Positions 44,828 through 53,518 of a stretch of 64,000 bases of DNA are shown piece by piece (position 1 is the first letter of the stretch; each line of letters starts with the position of its first letter). The notes beneath the pieces were generated by a model. The model made no database searches and was not told where the DNA came from. It saw only the letters and a list, made by a program, of their open reading frames with translations. This stretch comes from Thecamonas trahens ATCC 50062 (lineage: Eukaryota > Protista > Apusomonadida), in contig NW_013657651.1 of NCBI RefSeq assembly GCF_000142905.1, positions 186,001 to 250,000 on the forward strand. The letters are read 5' to 3'. The position numbers and the translations under genes are program-made.

Positions 44828-45874
44828 ATGAGAATGGATGAGAGCGAAGCGATGGGTCAGCGGCAGCCGTCGCTCTCGGCCTGCTCCCTCCGGCCTGCCC
44901 TCGGCCTCCGTGCCTTTCGCCACCACTCGCCCTCGTTTGCCAGCTCGCCCGTCCAACGGTCCGACCGCGTGCCGGCGGCTGCCTCGAGTGCAACGGCGGC
45001 ATCGGCCGGATCGAAGCGGCGGCGGAGAGGCTCGGCGAGCGAGAGACTGGGCATAGAGTCGATGGATGCACTGGCGGACTCGCTCAAGCGCAGACTCTCG
45101 GCGGAGCAGGCGGCCCGGGCGGCGGCCGAGGCCGAGGCTGTCCGTTGGCGCGAGCGGGCGCTGGCCGCCGAGTCCCGGCTGGGCGACTTTGAGAGCGACG
45201 TGCGGCGATCGCATTCGCTGGGCGCGTTTGCCGAGGCTAGGCTGGGCACACGGATCGAGGCACTGCAGTCGGAGCTCGACAGAGCACGGGCGGCAGCGGC
45301 AGCGGCGGCAACGGGTGAGACCGAGATGCTGGGCAAGCTGGCACGGGCCGACGAAACGGCGGCGCACCTGCAGGAAGCCCTGGCGCGGGCACAGCATCGG
45401 ATCTCGGATCAGGGTGCTTTACTGGCCGACTACGAGGGGCAGCTGCGAGAGCTGGATGCGCTGGTTGGCGCGCTCTATACCGAGCGCGACGGGCTGGCGG
45501 CGGCACGGGAGGCATTGGCGACGGCGGCCGAGAGCAGCCAAGCCGAGGTTGCGCGGAGCAGTGCCCAGCTGGCGGCCATGCAGGGCATTGTGAACGCGTA
45601 CGAGGCCAAAATGGCAGCACTGGCCTCGTCGTCAGCAGTCCACACTGAGCTTGTGCGCGATCTGCGGTCGTTCCTCGCCGAGACGCAGGCCGGGAGTAGG
45701 CGTGCCGCCGGCGGCCTGCCGCTCGTCCGGTCGTTCCTGGCCGAGAGCGGGCACGATGCAGGCAGAGTGCCAGGAAGCGAGGAATGCGATGACGCCGAGG
45801 TTATCTCGGTCTCCTCGTTGTCGTCTTCGTACTCGTCGAGCACGCTCAGCACGTCGACGCAGGGCCAATCGTGA
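44828..45874 (+). CDS. Coiled-coil protein of unknown function
   Basis: Long Ala/Glu/Arg heptad-rich ORF; start codon uncertain (44789/44828/44834). Confidence 0.65.
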   Translation: MRMDESEAMGQRQPSLSACSLRPALGLRAFRHHSPSFASSPVQRSDRVPAAASSATAASAGSKRRRRGSASERLGIESMDALADSLKRRLSAEQAARAAAEAEAVRWRERALAAESRLGDFESDVRRSHSLGAFAEARLGTRIEALQSELDRARAAAAAAATGETEMLGKLARADETAAHLQEALARAQHRISDQGALLADYEGQLRELDALVGALYTERDGLAAAREALATAAESSQAEVARSSAQLAAMQGIVNAYEAKMAALASSSAVHTELVRDLRSFLAETQAGSRRAAGGLPLVRSFLAESGHDAGRVPGSEECDDAEVISVSSLSSSYSSSTLSTSTQGQS

Positions 45875-45909
45875 GGCGGCAGCCCCTCCCACTCGTGCAA
45901 CGAAACGAG

Positions 45910-46928
45910 TCAAGAGGCACTCGGCGGGGTGCGGCGGTAGGTCTCGGACGGGTCAAAGCCAAGGCCTTCCATCATGGAGGCAAAGCCACGAATGAAGCAT
46001 GTGGCAAAGCGGGCGAGGGTGGGGAGCGGGACGGCATTGAGCAGGGCCTCATCCAGCACGGTCTCGACGCCTGCGGCGTTGCGCATGAGCGAGATGAACT
46101 CGTCGAGCGGCAGGCCGTAGCCCTTCTCGACGTTGAGGATGCCGTGGAGGGTGAGGACGCCGTCGGGCATGATGTGGACCACGCCGTTTCCACCGTCGAC
46201 CGCAACGTCGGTGTCTGATGCAAAGAGCGAGATGAACCAATCGACAAATCCGTCCTGGCCCTGCGGAGTCGTCACATCCTCCCACAGCGTGAGCGTACAG
46301 TAGCTCTGCATCATGGTGGAGAACTCGTTCTGCAAGTACTCAGACTCTTTGACAGCGCAGAGATCAGCAAACTTGATGAGGTCGACAAGCTCAAAGTAGC
46401 CCTTCTTTGCCTCATCGATGACATAGAGCGTCCCGAGGTGGGTGAGCGACAGCGTCTCCACATCACCGGGCGGCTTGATCTCGATGATCTCGCGGAGGTG
46501 CTGTCCAAGCCAGAAGAGTGTCGATATTGATGCAGCGGAGGTACCAACGAGAGAGAGAGAGAGAGTGTGTGTGTGAGTGTGAGTGTGTGAGTGGTGTGCG
46601 GGTGCTCCCCCGCCCTCCCTCCCTCCCTTGCCCTGTCGCCCCTGTCTCCCCTCCCCCCCCCCCCCCCCTCTCCCCCCTCTCCCCCCTTGCAACNNNNNNN
46701 NNNNNNNNNNNNNNNNNNNNNNNNNNNNNNNNNNNNNNNNNNNNNNNNNNNNNNNNNNNNNNNNNNNNNNNNNNNNNNNNNNNNNNNNNNNNNACCCCCC
46801 CCCCCCCCCCTGCGCCCCCTTGCCACCCCCCCTGCCTCTCCCTCCATCCTACATACAATGATTTCCTTGCCGTCAGACACCCTTTCGAACTCTTCCTGAA
46901 GGTGTGCCTTGACAGAGGCATTGCCCAT
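45910..46928 (-). CDS. Small EF-hand-like protein with possible N-myristoylation; exons 46928-46857 and 46500-45910
   Basis: MGNASV…KEII ends at GTATGT and joins in phase 0 to CAG|HLREII. 'IDEAKKGYFELVDLIKF' is EF-hand-like. The intron contains an N gap. Confidence 0.65.
46694..46793. other. Assembly gap (N)
   Basis: 100 N flanked by poly-C tracts. Confidence 1.
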
Positions 46929-47130
46929 GGTTGACTTTGGGCTTCTGTCGAGTGTCGTCGCCTGTCACCCGCACGACCTGTCACCCGCACGACCGCTTGT
47001 CTGGCCCGCCCGCCGTCAGTCAGCGAGCTGGCGGTCCACCTACTACCTACTGATGCCATCGAGGGCAAAGCTACTGTGTGGGACAGCCCTCTGCTCGAAA
47101 GTTCACTTGAGAAGATCGATTGAGGGAGCG

Positions 47131-48759
47131 CTAGACTTCATCACCGGACGATGACCAGCCACCATCAGAGTGCGAGGCGCGCTGCGTGCCCGGCTCGGCC
47201 TTGTCGGCTTGGGTGCCGGATTGTGGGGTGTGGGCGGTGGCGTTGTGGACAGGCGGCGGTCCGCCGGCTGGTGGAGGCGGAATAAACGACGTATCGTACT
47301 CATCGCCATTGCCAGGCGGGGTGCTGCTGCCATTGTTCGGCTCGTGAGGCGGCCCACCTGAAGGTGGCCCACCTGAAGGCGGTCCACCTGAAGGCGGTCC
47401 ACCTGAAGGCGGTCCACCTGCAGGCGGCGGTGGAATGAAGGATGTGTCATACTCTTCCGATTCGGGAACCTCACCGCCACCAGCGGCGGGAGGGGCGTCA
47501 GGATCGGCGGCGGCGAGCTGGGCCTGAAGTCGTTCGACATCGACCGACGACTCGCGATTAGGCGGCGGCGGAGGCTGCTTGCGGCGGCGGAGCAGAGTCG
47601 AAAACCGCTTTCGTTTGCGATCCGGATCCTTGGACAATTTCGCCTTGCCCTTCTTGCTCTTGCCGGCGCTCTTCTTCTCTTTCCTAGACTCGCCTCTTTT
47701 GACCGGCGACGAGTAGGTGGCGACAGCCGACGGGCCGAAGGAGGCTGCGGCGGCGCCGGCGGCGGCTAGATCGGCAAGCGTGAGGTGGCGACCGGCGGCA
47801 CGGCGATCGGCGCGACGCTGGCGGCGGGCAATCTTCTCGCGAATGAAAGGCGCACCAAAGACGTCCTTGAACATTCGCTGGAAGAAGACCCGCTTCTCGG
47901 CCGTGGTTGTGATCGACGCCTGCTCCGTCACAATCGACGAAACGTCTGAGGCTGAGAGTGCCTCGCGGGTCTCGCCCACAAACAAGTCCATGTCTGTCTT
48001 TTCGTCGCACTGCGAGAGAGCGTCGGAAATCTGCGACGCCCACTGGTCCGACGGCATCTTGACAAACGAGCGCACAATGGCCATCAGCTGCCGCACAAGC
48101 TCCAGCCGTGACTTCTCCACACCCTCGAGATCGGTGATGTACTGCGGACGCAACTCACCAATGTACTCTTCCTCGGCCGTGTTGAACTGCTCCACAGACG
48201 CCTTGTATTGCGACAGCGCAGCGTCGGCCTTCTTTTTGAACTTGAGATAGTTCTTGGACGACATGTCGTCCGATGCCTCTTTTGCTGCGTTGTTCCGCGC
48301 CTCAGACTCCTTCTTGCTCGTCTTGATCCTGTGCCGCAGATCATCCAGCTCCTTCAGCTTGGCCTTGTTGTCTGACGCAAGCCGCTTGGACTTTTTCGAC
48401 GCAGACTTGGAAAACGCGCTCACTGTGTCGTGGAAGACCGAAAACCGGGTGTGGAACCGCTCGTTCCACGCCGCCATCTGCTTGACGACGCCCGCCGTGA
48501 CCGACAGCGCATACGAGTGGGTCAGTTCCTCACCGCCGACGCCCTTGCCGCCTCCCCGCCCGCCGTTGGCCAGCCCCTGGTCCTCATCCTCCCCACCTTC
48601 TCCTTCGCCGCCACCATCTCCCACCAGATCACGTTCCAGCGCCTTGATCGACTTCTTCAGCGTCTTTGCCATGTCAAAGAAGCCGACCGCTAGCTTCTCA
48701 ATCATGGCCCCTGCCGCCCTCAGCTCCCCCAAGTTGGCATCCGACCGATCCCACAGCCG
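47131..48759 (-). CDS. F-BAR domain protein with proline-rich C-terminal tail (5' exon uncertain)
   Basis: Helical F-BAR-like pattern (…YKASVEQFNTAEEEY…LEGVEKSRLELVRQLM…DEKTDMDLFV), then a basic region and GGPPS repeats. Confidence 0.7.
   Translation of the reverse strand, partial: RLWDRSDANLGELRAAGAMIEKLAVGFFDMAKTLKKSIKALERDLVGDGGGEGEGGEDEDQGLANGGRGGGKGVGGEELTHSYALSVTAGVVKQMAAWNERFHTRFSVFHDTVSAFSKSASKKSKRLASDNKAKLKELDDLRHRIKTSKKESEARNNAAKEASDDMSSKNYLKFKKKADAALSQYKASVEQFNTAEEEYIGELRPQYITDLEGVEKSRLELVRQLMAIVRSFVKMPSDQWASQISDALSQCDEKTDMDLFVGETREALSASDVSSIVTEQASITTTAEKRVFFQRMFKDVFGAPFIREKIARRQRRADRRAAGRHLTLADLAAAGAAAASFGPSAVATYSSPVKRGESRKEKKSAGKSKKGKAKLSKDPDRKRKRFSTLLRRRKQPPPPPNRESSVDVERLQAQLAAADPDAPPAAGGGEVPESEEYDTSFIPPPPAGGPPSGGPPSGGPPSGGPPSGGPPHEPNNGSSTPPGNGDEYDTSFIPPPPAGGPPPVHNATAHTPQSGTQADKAEPGTQRASHSDGGWSSSGDEV
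47351..47425 (-). repeat. 15-nt coding tandem repeat (GGPPS)x5
   Basis: Repeated ccacctgaaggcggt-like units on the + strand. Confidence 0.9.
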
Positions 48760-49003
48760 CTACTCCCCTCCCACCACCCCATCCACCAACTGCTTCCATA
48801 AGTCCATCTTCTCCCCTCCCAATCCCCCGCTCCCTGTGCGAGCTTTTCGGCCCCAGGGAGGGCCCTGCCTGCAGACGCGTCCTCGCTCTGCCACTCTAAG
48901 ATTTTGTTCATGGCCGACTGATCGTTCTGTCGAGCCAACCTGATTGACGCTGCCTAGTCCTGAGATGGGGCGATAAAGAATAAGGCCTAGCGCGGGCGGC
49001 CCG

Positions 49004-49145
49004 NNNNNNNNNNNNNNNNNNNNNNNNNNNNNNNNNNNNNNNNNNNNNNNNNNNNNNNNNNNNNNNNNNNNNNNNNNNNNNNNNNNNNNNNNNNNNNNNN
49101 NNNNNNNNNNNNNNNNNNNNNNNNNNNNNNNNNNNNNNNNNNNNN
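49004..49145. other. Assembly gap (N)
   Basis: N run. Confidence 1.
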
Positions 49146-49361
49146 CCCCCCCTATGCCCCAAATCTCGCATGTTTGCCAGTTCAGCCACGTGCCAGTGGC
49201 ATCCAATTTTCTCTGACCCGCACAACACGTGGCGGCTCACCCCCTCTGCAACACGTGCAGAGGTACGTTTGTGCAAAGGCAGAGCTCATATTATTTCCAT
49301 CCTCGCTCCTCCTCCTCCTCTCCTCCTCCCCTGCATCATCATCCATCGCCATGGCTCGTGG

Positions 49362-50396
49362 CTACAGACTTTGGAGAGTGTGAAGGAGGATACCGCCGGC
49401 AACGCCGACATTGAGCGACTGGACATGGGTGCCGTGGGCGCCCGGCTGTGGCACGATGCGGACGCGAGCGGCGGCGGCAGAGGCAAGCGGCGCCCGCACG
49501 CCTTTGGCTTCAGAGCCAAGGACCAGAATCGAGCCTGGGGCGGCGTGATGAGTGGCGACGTCGACCGAGTCGTCCGCCAGCGTCGAGACAACCAGCTCGG
49601 CGCTGTGATCGGACTGTAGCACCGTCAGCGTCCGCACAAAGGCCGAGAGACGGAAGACTGCCATCGACTCGAGTGCCCCGGTTGAGACGTGCGATACCAC
49701 CGGTGAGAGCGGTGCAGTCTCCTTGTCTGGAAGCAGGAGGACCGAGACGCCGAGAAAGGCCGCAGTGCGGACGAGCGAGCCGACATTGTGCGGGTCGACA
49801 ACCCGATCAAGTGCGAGTGCGGCCACGGGCCCGCTGGCATGCGCTTGCAGTGCAGAGGCCAAGTGGACAAGCTCGCCACGGGCCTCGGGCGAGACATCGA
49901 TTAGCGGCAGTTGCCCGGCGAGGAGCACCACGCCTTGATGGACCGCGTCCGGGCCAGCCGCCCGCTCCAGCGCGCCTGCGCCGACCGACTCGACAGGCAC
50001 ACCCGCCGACGCTGCTGCCTTCACCGCCTGTTCTGCATTACTCGTTCCGTCGCGCACCAAGAGCCTGGCGCGGCTCAGATCACGCCGTCGCGCCGCCAGC
50101 GCCCCCGACACCGAGTGCCACCCGTACAGCGCATCGAGGCCGTCGTTGCTCGACCTGTGCTCGCTGCGCCCGCCGCCCCAGCCTGATCTGCCCCGACGCC
50201 CCGTCGCCCGGCTCCCTCCAATCCCTCCGGCCCCTGCCCGCCTTCCCGATGACTCGCCCGCCCCACGCCGGCTCTGCCTTCCACCCGCCCGTCCACCGGC
50301 CCGACCACCCGCCCGACCACCCGCCCGTCCACCCGCCCGTCCGCCAGCAGCACGCACACCAGCCGGCAACACATGGTACCATACGCGGCGGAACAT
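49362..50396 (-). CDS. MRM1: SpoU/TrmH-family rRNA 2'-O-methyltransferase (MRM1/RlmB-like, mitochondrial)
   Basis: LYGWHSV, HQGVVL, LDRVVDPHNVGSLVRTA, LVLGSEAKGVR, VQSLNVGVAGGILL. N-terminal presequence followed by (GGRA)n repeats. Confidence 0.9.
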   Translation of the reverse strand: MFRRVWYHVLPAGVRAAGGRAGGRAGGRAGGRAGGRAGGRQSRRGAGESSGRRAGAGGIGGSRATGRRGRSGWGGGRSEHRSSNDGLDALYGWHSVSGALAARRRDLSRARLLVRDGTSNAEQAVKAAASAGVPVESVGAGALERAAGPDAVHQGVVLLAGQLPLIDVSPEARGELVHLASALQAHASGPVAALALDRVVDPHNVGSLVRTAAFLGVSVLLLPDKETAPLSPVVSHVSTGALESMAVFRLSAFVRTLTVLQSDHSAELVVSTLADDSVDVATHHAAPGSILVLGSEAKGVRAPLASAAAARVRIVPQPGAHGTHVQSLNVGVAGGILLHTLQSL

Positions 50397-50608
50397 GATG
50401 TCGGAGGCGTGGTGGCGAGATGAGTGCCGAGCGCCAAGTCAGCCTCCCAGCACCCAGCACCTACCTCGTGGCGCACCGCAGACATCACAACTACAGCTGA
50501 GGATAATGACGACGCGTTTATCCCTTTGCGGTACGGAATAGACAAATTAGTCCGTCGCGCAAGCCGCGCTCCGCGACGGCGCTCGCCGGCGCGTTTGCGT
50601 CGCGCGAC

Positions 50609-51392
50609 ATGCTCGTCCTCGACAAGGTCCTCACGGCGCTCAGAGTCAACGCGTACCCGGCGCGCGGCGGCATGGCGTCGCTCCCGGGCGTGCGCACGGC
50701 GCTTGTCGCCGACGCGCGCGCCGAGCGGGTGGCGCTCAACTCCAAGTACCAGCAGCAGAAGGGCTCGACGGAGCCCGAGTTTGCCGAGAAGAAGCTCCAC
50801 CGCGAGCTCGCACGCGTCTCGCTGGCCAGCTGCCTGGTCGTTGTCGCCGGCGATTACGAGCCCAAGCCCAGCGACCGCCTCAAGGGCCAGGGGAGGGTGT
50901 CGATTGCCGACATCGTCGCCTCGTTCATCGCCAAGGGTGACCCCAAGCTCTCGACCAAGCTCCCCGAGTGGGGCACGAGCAAGGCGGTCGCCGGCCTCGC
51001 TCCTCGTGTCGGCGGCGGCCACGCCGACCGGCAAGCTCATCCGTCGCAAGAAGATCCACGCGCTCTTCCGTCCGGCCGCTGTGTTCAACTCTGTGATGTT
51101 TAACTTCCCGGTCGTCGGGATCGTCAACGACAAGCTCCGCACCGTCCGCGGACGCCTGTCCTCCGGATCAGCGTCGTACGGCACCTCGCGCGCCTCGCCC
51201 ATGCTCCCAGGTCGGGCATCCTTCATGCGGGCGTCTACGTGTCGGCCGCCATCACGTGCGGGCGCGCCTCCCACCTCAAGCCATAGGCCCAGCAGGTGTC
51301 GTGCAGCGCCGGCCGGTGAGCTGGAAGTCAAGCGTCATCGAGTTGTTCACCTGGAGACGCGCGACAACGCGTCCGAACGACCGCACCGCTAA
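50609..51392 (+). pseudogene. Unknown coding fragment with a frameshift at ~50993
   Basis: Strong host codon bias in 50609-50990, continuing in a +1 frame (ASLLVSAAATPTGKLIRRKKIHALF…). No family recognised. Confidence 0.35.
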
Positions 51393-51448
51393 GGGTGTCA
51401 GTGACGATGCCAGGAGTGGACGTGGCGACTTTCGTCATTTCGGCCAAT

Positions 51449-51778
51449 TCACCCAGAGTCGGCCAGCGGGCCGTAGACGGCGTCAAAGGCCGCGCGGGCC
51501 TTACGATTGTTCTTCTTGGCCGATCGTGCACCGGCGCGACGCGCACGCTGCGTGCTGGCCTTGGCCTCCTTCCGTGCCTTGATCTCGGCCTGCTTGGCCT
51601 CAAAGCCCTTCTTGTCTGCCAGCCGGTACGCCACCGGGTCAAACGAGCCGACACCGGCGTCGGCCCTCGCTGCTGCCTCGGCACGCTTGCGCACCGTCCG
51701 GTTCCGCACACACTTGCCCTTGTCCTCCGATCGCCGGACCTTGCCGGCCGGGCGTCCGTTCACGCTGCGATTCCACAT
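51449..51778 (-). CDS. Small basic protein of unknown function (~109 aa)
   Basis: MWNRSVNGRPAGKVRR…FDAVYGPLADSG; K/R/A-rich with biased codons. Confidence 0.5.
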   Translation of the reverse strand: MWNRSVNGRPAGKVRRSEDKGKCVRNRTVRKRAEAAARADAGVGSFDPVAYRLADKKGFEAKQAEIKARKEAKASTQRARRAGARSAKKNNRKARAAFDAVYGPLADSG

Positions 51779-52337
51779 TGTCTTGCTATTTGGGTGTTGC
51801 TCAGCTCCCCGTTCGCCAAATCGCGCTCCGCGCCGGTGGTTTTGTCCCGGCTGCCCGCGGCGAGCCGAATGGAAGCCCTCTTCGGCAGCAGAAGAGCATT
51901 GGAAGAACCGTCCCCTGGAGACCCCCATCCACCCTCCATGAACACGCTTGGCTGCTTTCTGCGGTCCACCTGCTGCAGCCTCCCACTTTTGCTTTTTCAC
52001 CTTCTCTTTGCTGCATTCTACATCGAGATTGAGCCGAGACCGTGTCCAACGATAGTCTCTGCATGAATTAATCGTATGCCCACTCGAGCCGTCGTGTGAC
52101 TTGCCGAACCCAATCGAAGTGCGCGAAGACTCGCGCCAAAACCCGGCCCTCCCCAACCCGCACCACCCGCATCCAGCAGAAGCAGGCCAAGCACAACACC
52201 GATCGCAACCGCTCTCGTCTCCCGTCCCGCCGCTAGGCAACTCCTCGAGCCCCTGCGCCGACGTATCCACCTTCCCCTTCCGGAAGCTCCCCCCACCTCC
52301 CCTCCTACATCCCCCCCCCCCTCCCTCCCAGGCGGAT

Positions 52338-53268
52338 ATGTCCGTTTCGGTTGAAGTGGCTACCGCTACCCCGACGCGGCAGGCCCGCATTCAGTGTACG
52401 GTGCGGGAATGGGGAGGAACAACAGGGAGGAGGTGACCAGGAGGAGGAGGAGGAGGAGGGGAAGGAGGCAATGTCCACTCACTCCCACTCATCCGCTTGT
52501 CGCTCTGGTAGGGGCTCCGCGTGACTCGATCGCCTCGCGGTTGGCTCCCGGCCGCCCGGTTCGGGCAAACGCCGCCGGTGGCACGCCCGCAACACCCTCT
52601 CACCGGGCTCGCCGTTTGAGACTCCGTTCTCCTTTGCCGAGCCTGTTCCCGAGTCGAGCTTGTATGAGGTGCTCCCGACGCGGACAGAGTCTCCCTTCCA
52701 TGCCATGCTCGCCGATCTGGATGTCCTGGACTCATTCCTCGCTCGCACAGATTGCGACCTCGAGTTCGAGCTCGAGCTCGAGCTGAGCGATGTCGACGAT
52801 GCGGGGCTCGATGCAGACGCCACAGCTTCGGACATTGAGTGGGGGCCTATCCGCGACGAGGCGCCGTGCCCGCTGGCCTCGTTCTCGGTCGAGTCTGAGG
52901 TCGAGCTTGTCGCCGCCGAGCTGACGCCGGAGCAGTGCTACCTGCGCATCCCGGCGGCAGTCCGTCCGATGTTTAGGTCGGGCGCGCTTTCGCTGGTCAC
53001 TGTCCAGGCCCTGGAGACGCTGCTCCTTGACGAGCTCGATGCGTCGTCCGACCCGGAGCCGACCATCTCCATCGCCATCGAGTCGTCGTTCCACCGCCGC
53101 CTCTTCCACGGCATCGCCGCCTACTACGGCCTCCGCTCTTTCTCACATGACAACCCACTCACCGGCGCGCGCATCACTACCGCCGTTACCAACACCTCTC
53201 CCTGGTCCCTCCCTCCGTGCTCGCTTGTCCACACCCTCCTCGCTCGTGCCTCGGCTCGCCATATCTAA
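52338..53268 (+). CDS. R3HDM4: R3H domain protein (R3HDM4-like); exons 52338-52395 and 52512-53268 with a frameshift at ~52555
   Basis: GSGKRRRW (R3H-associated N-terminal motif); TPEQCYLRI; SSFHRRLFHGIAAYYGLRSFS (R3H). Confidence 0.75.
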
Positions 53269-53518
53269 TGGCGTTCTCGCGTTCCCGCGCGCCTCCTCCG
53301 CGCTCGGCGCTTAGTCGTGCTCACGACTACTGGGTTTTTGGTTTCCACCCGCAGCCGCGTTCTTGCAGGCCCACACTCCCACACAGACACACATACATCA
53401 CAGTCGCAAAGCAGCAGCCACAGGCCACGCTTTGCGAACCGAGCAGAGCAGCCTTGTTAATCCCAGGCGCACCGCTCGACCTGGCGCCATCCACATGTGT
53501 AAAAAACCCCTGCGCTCG

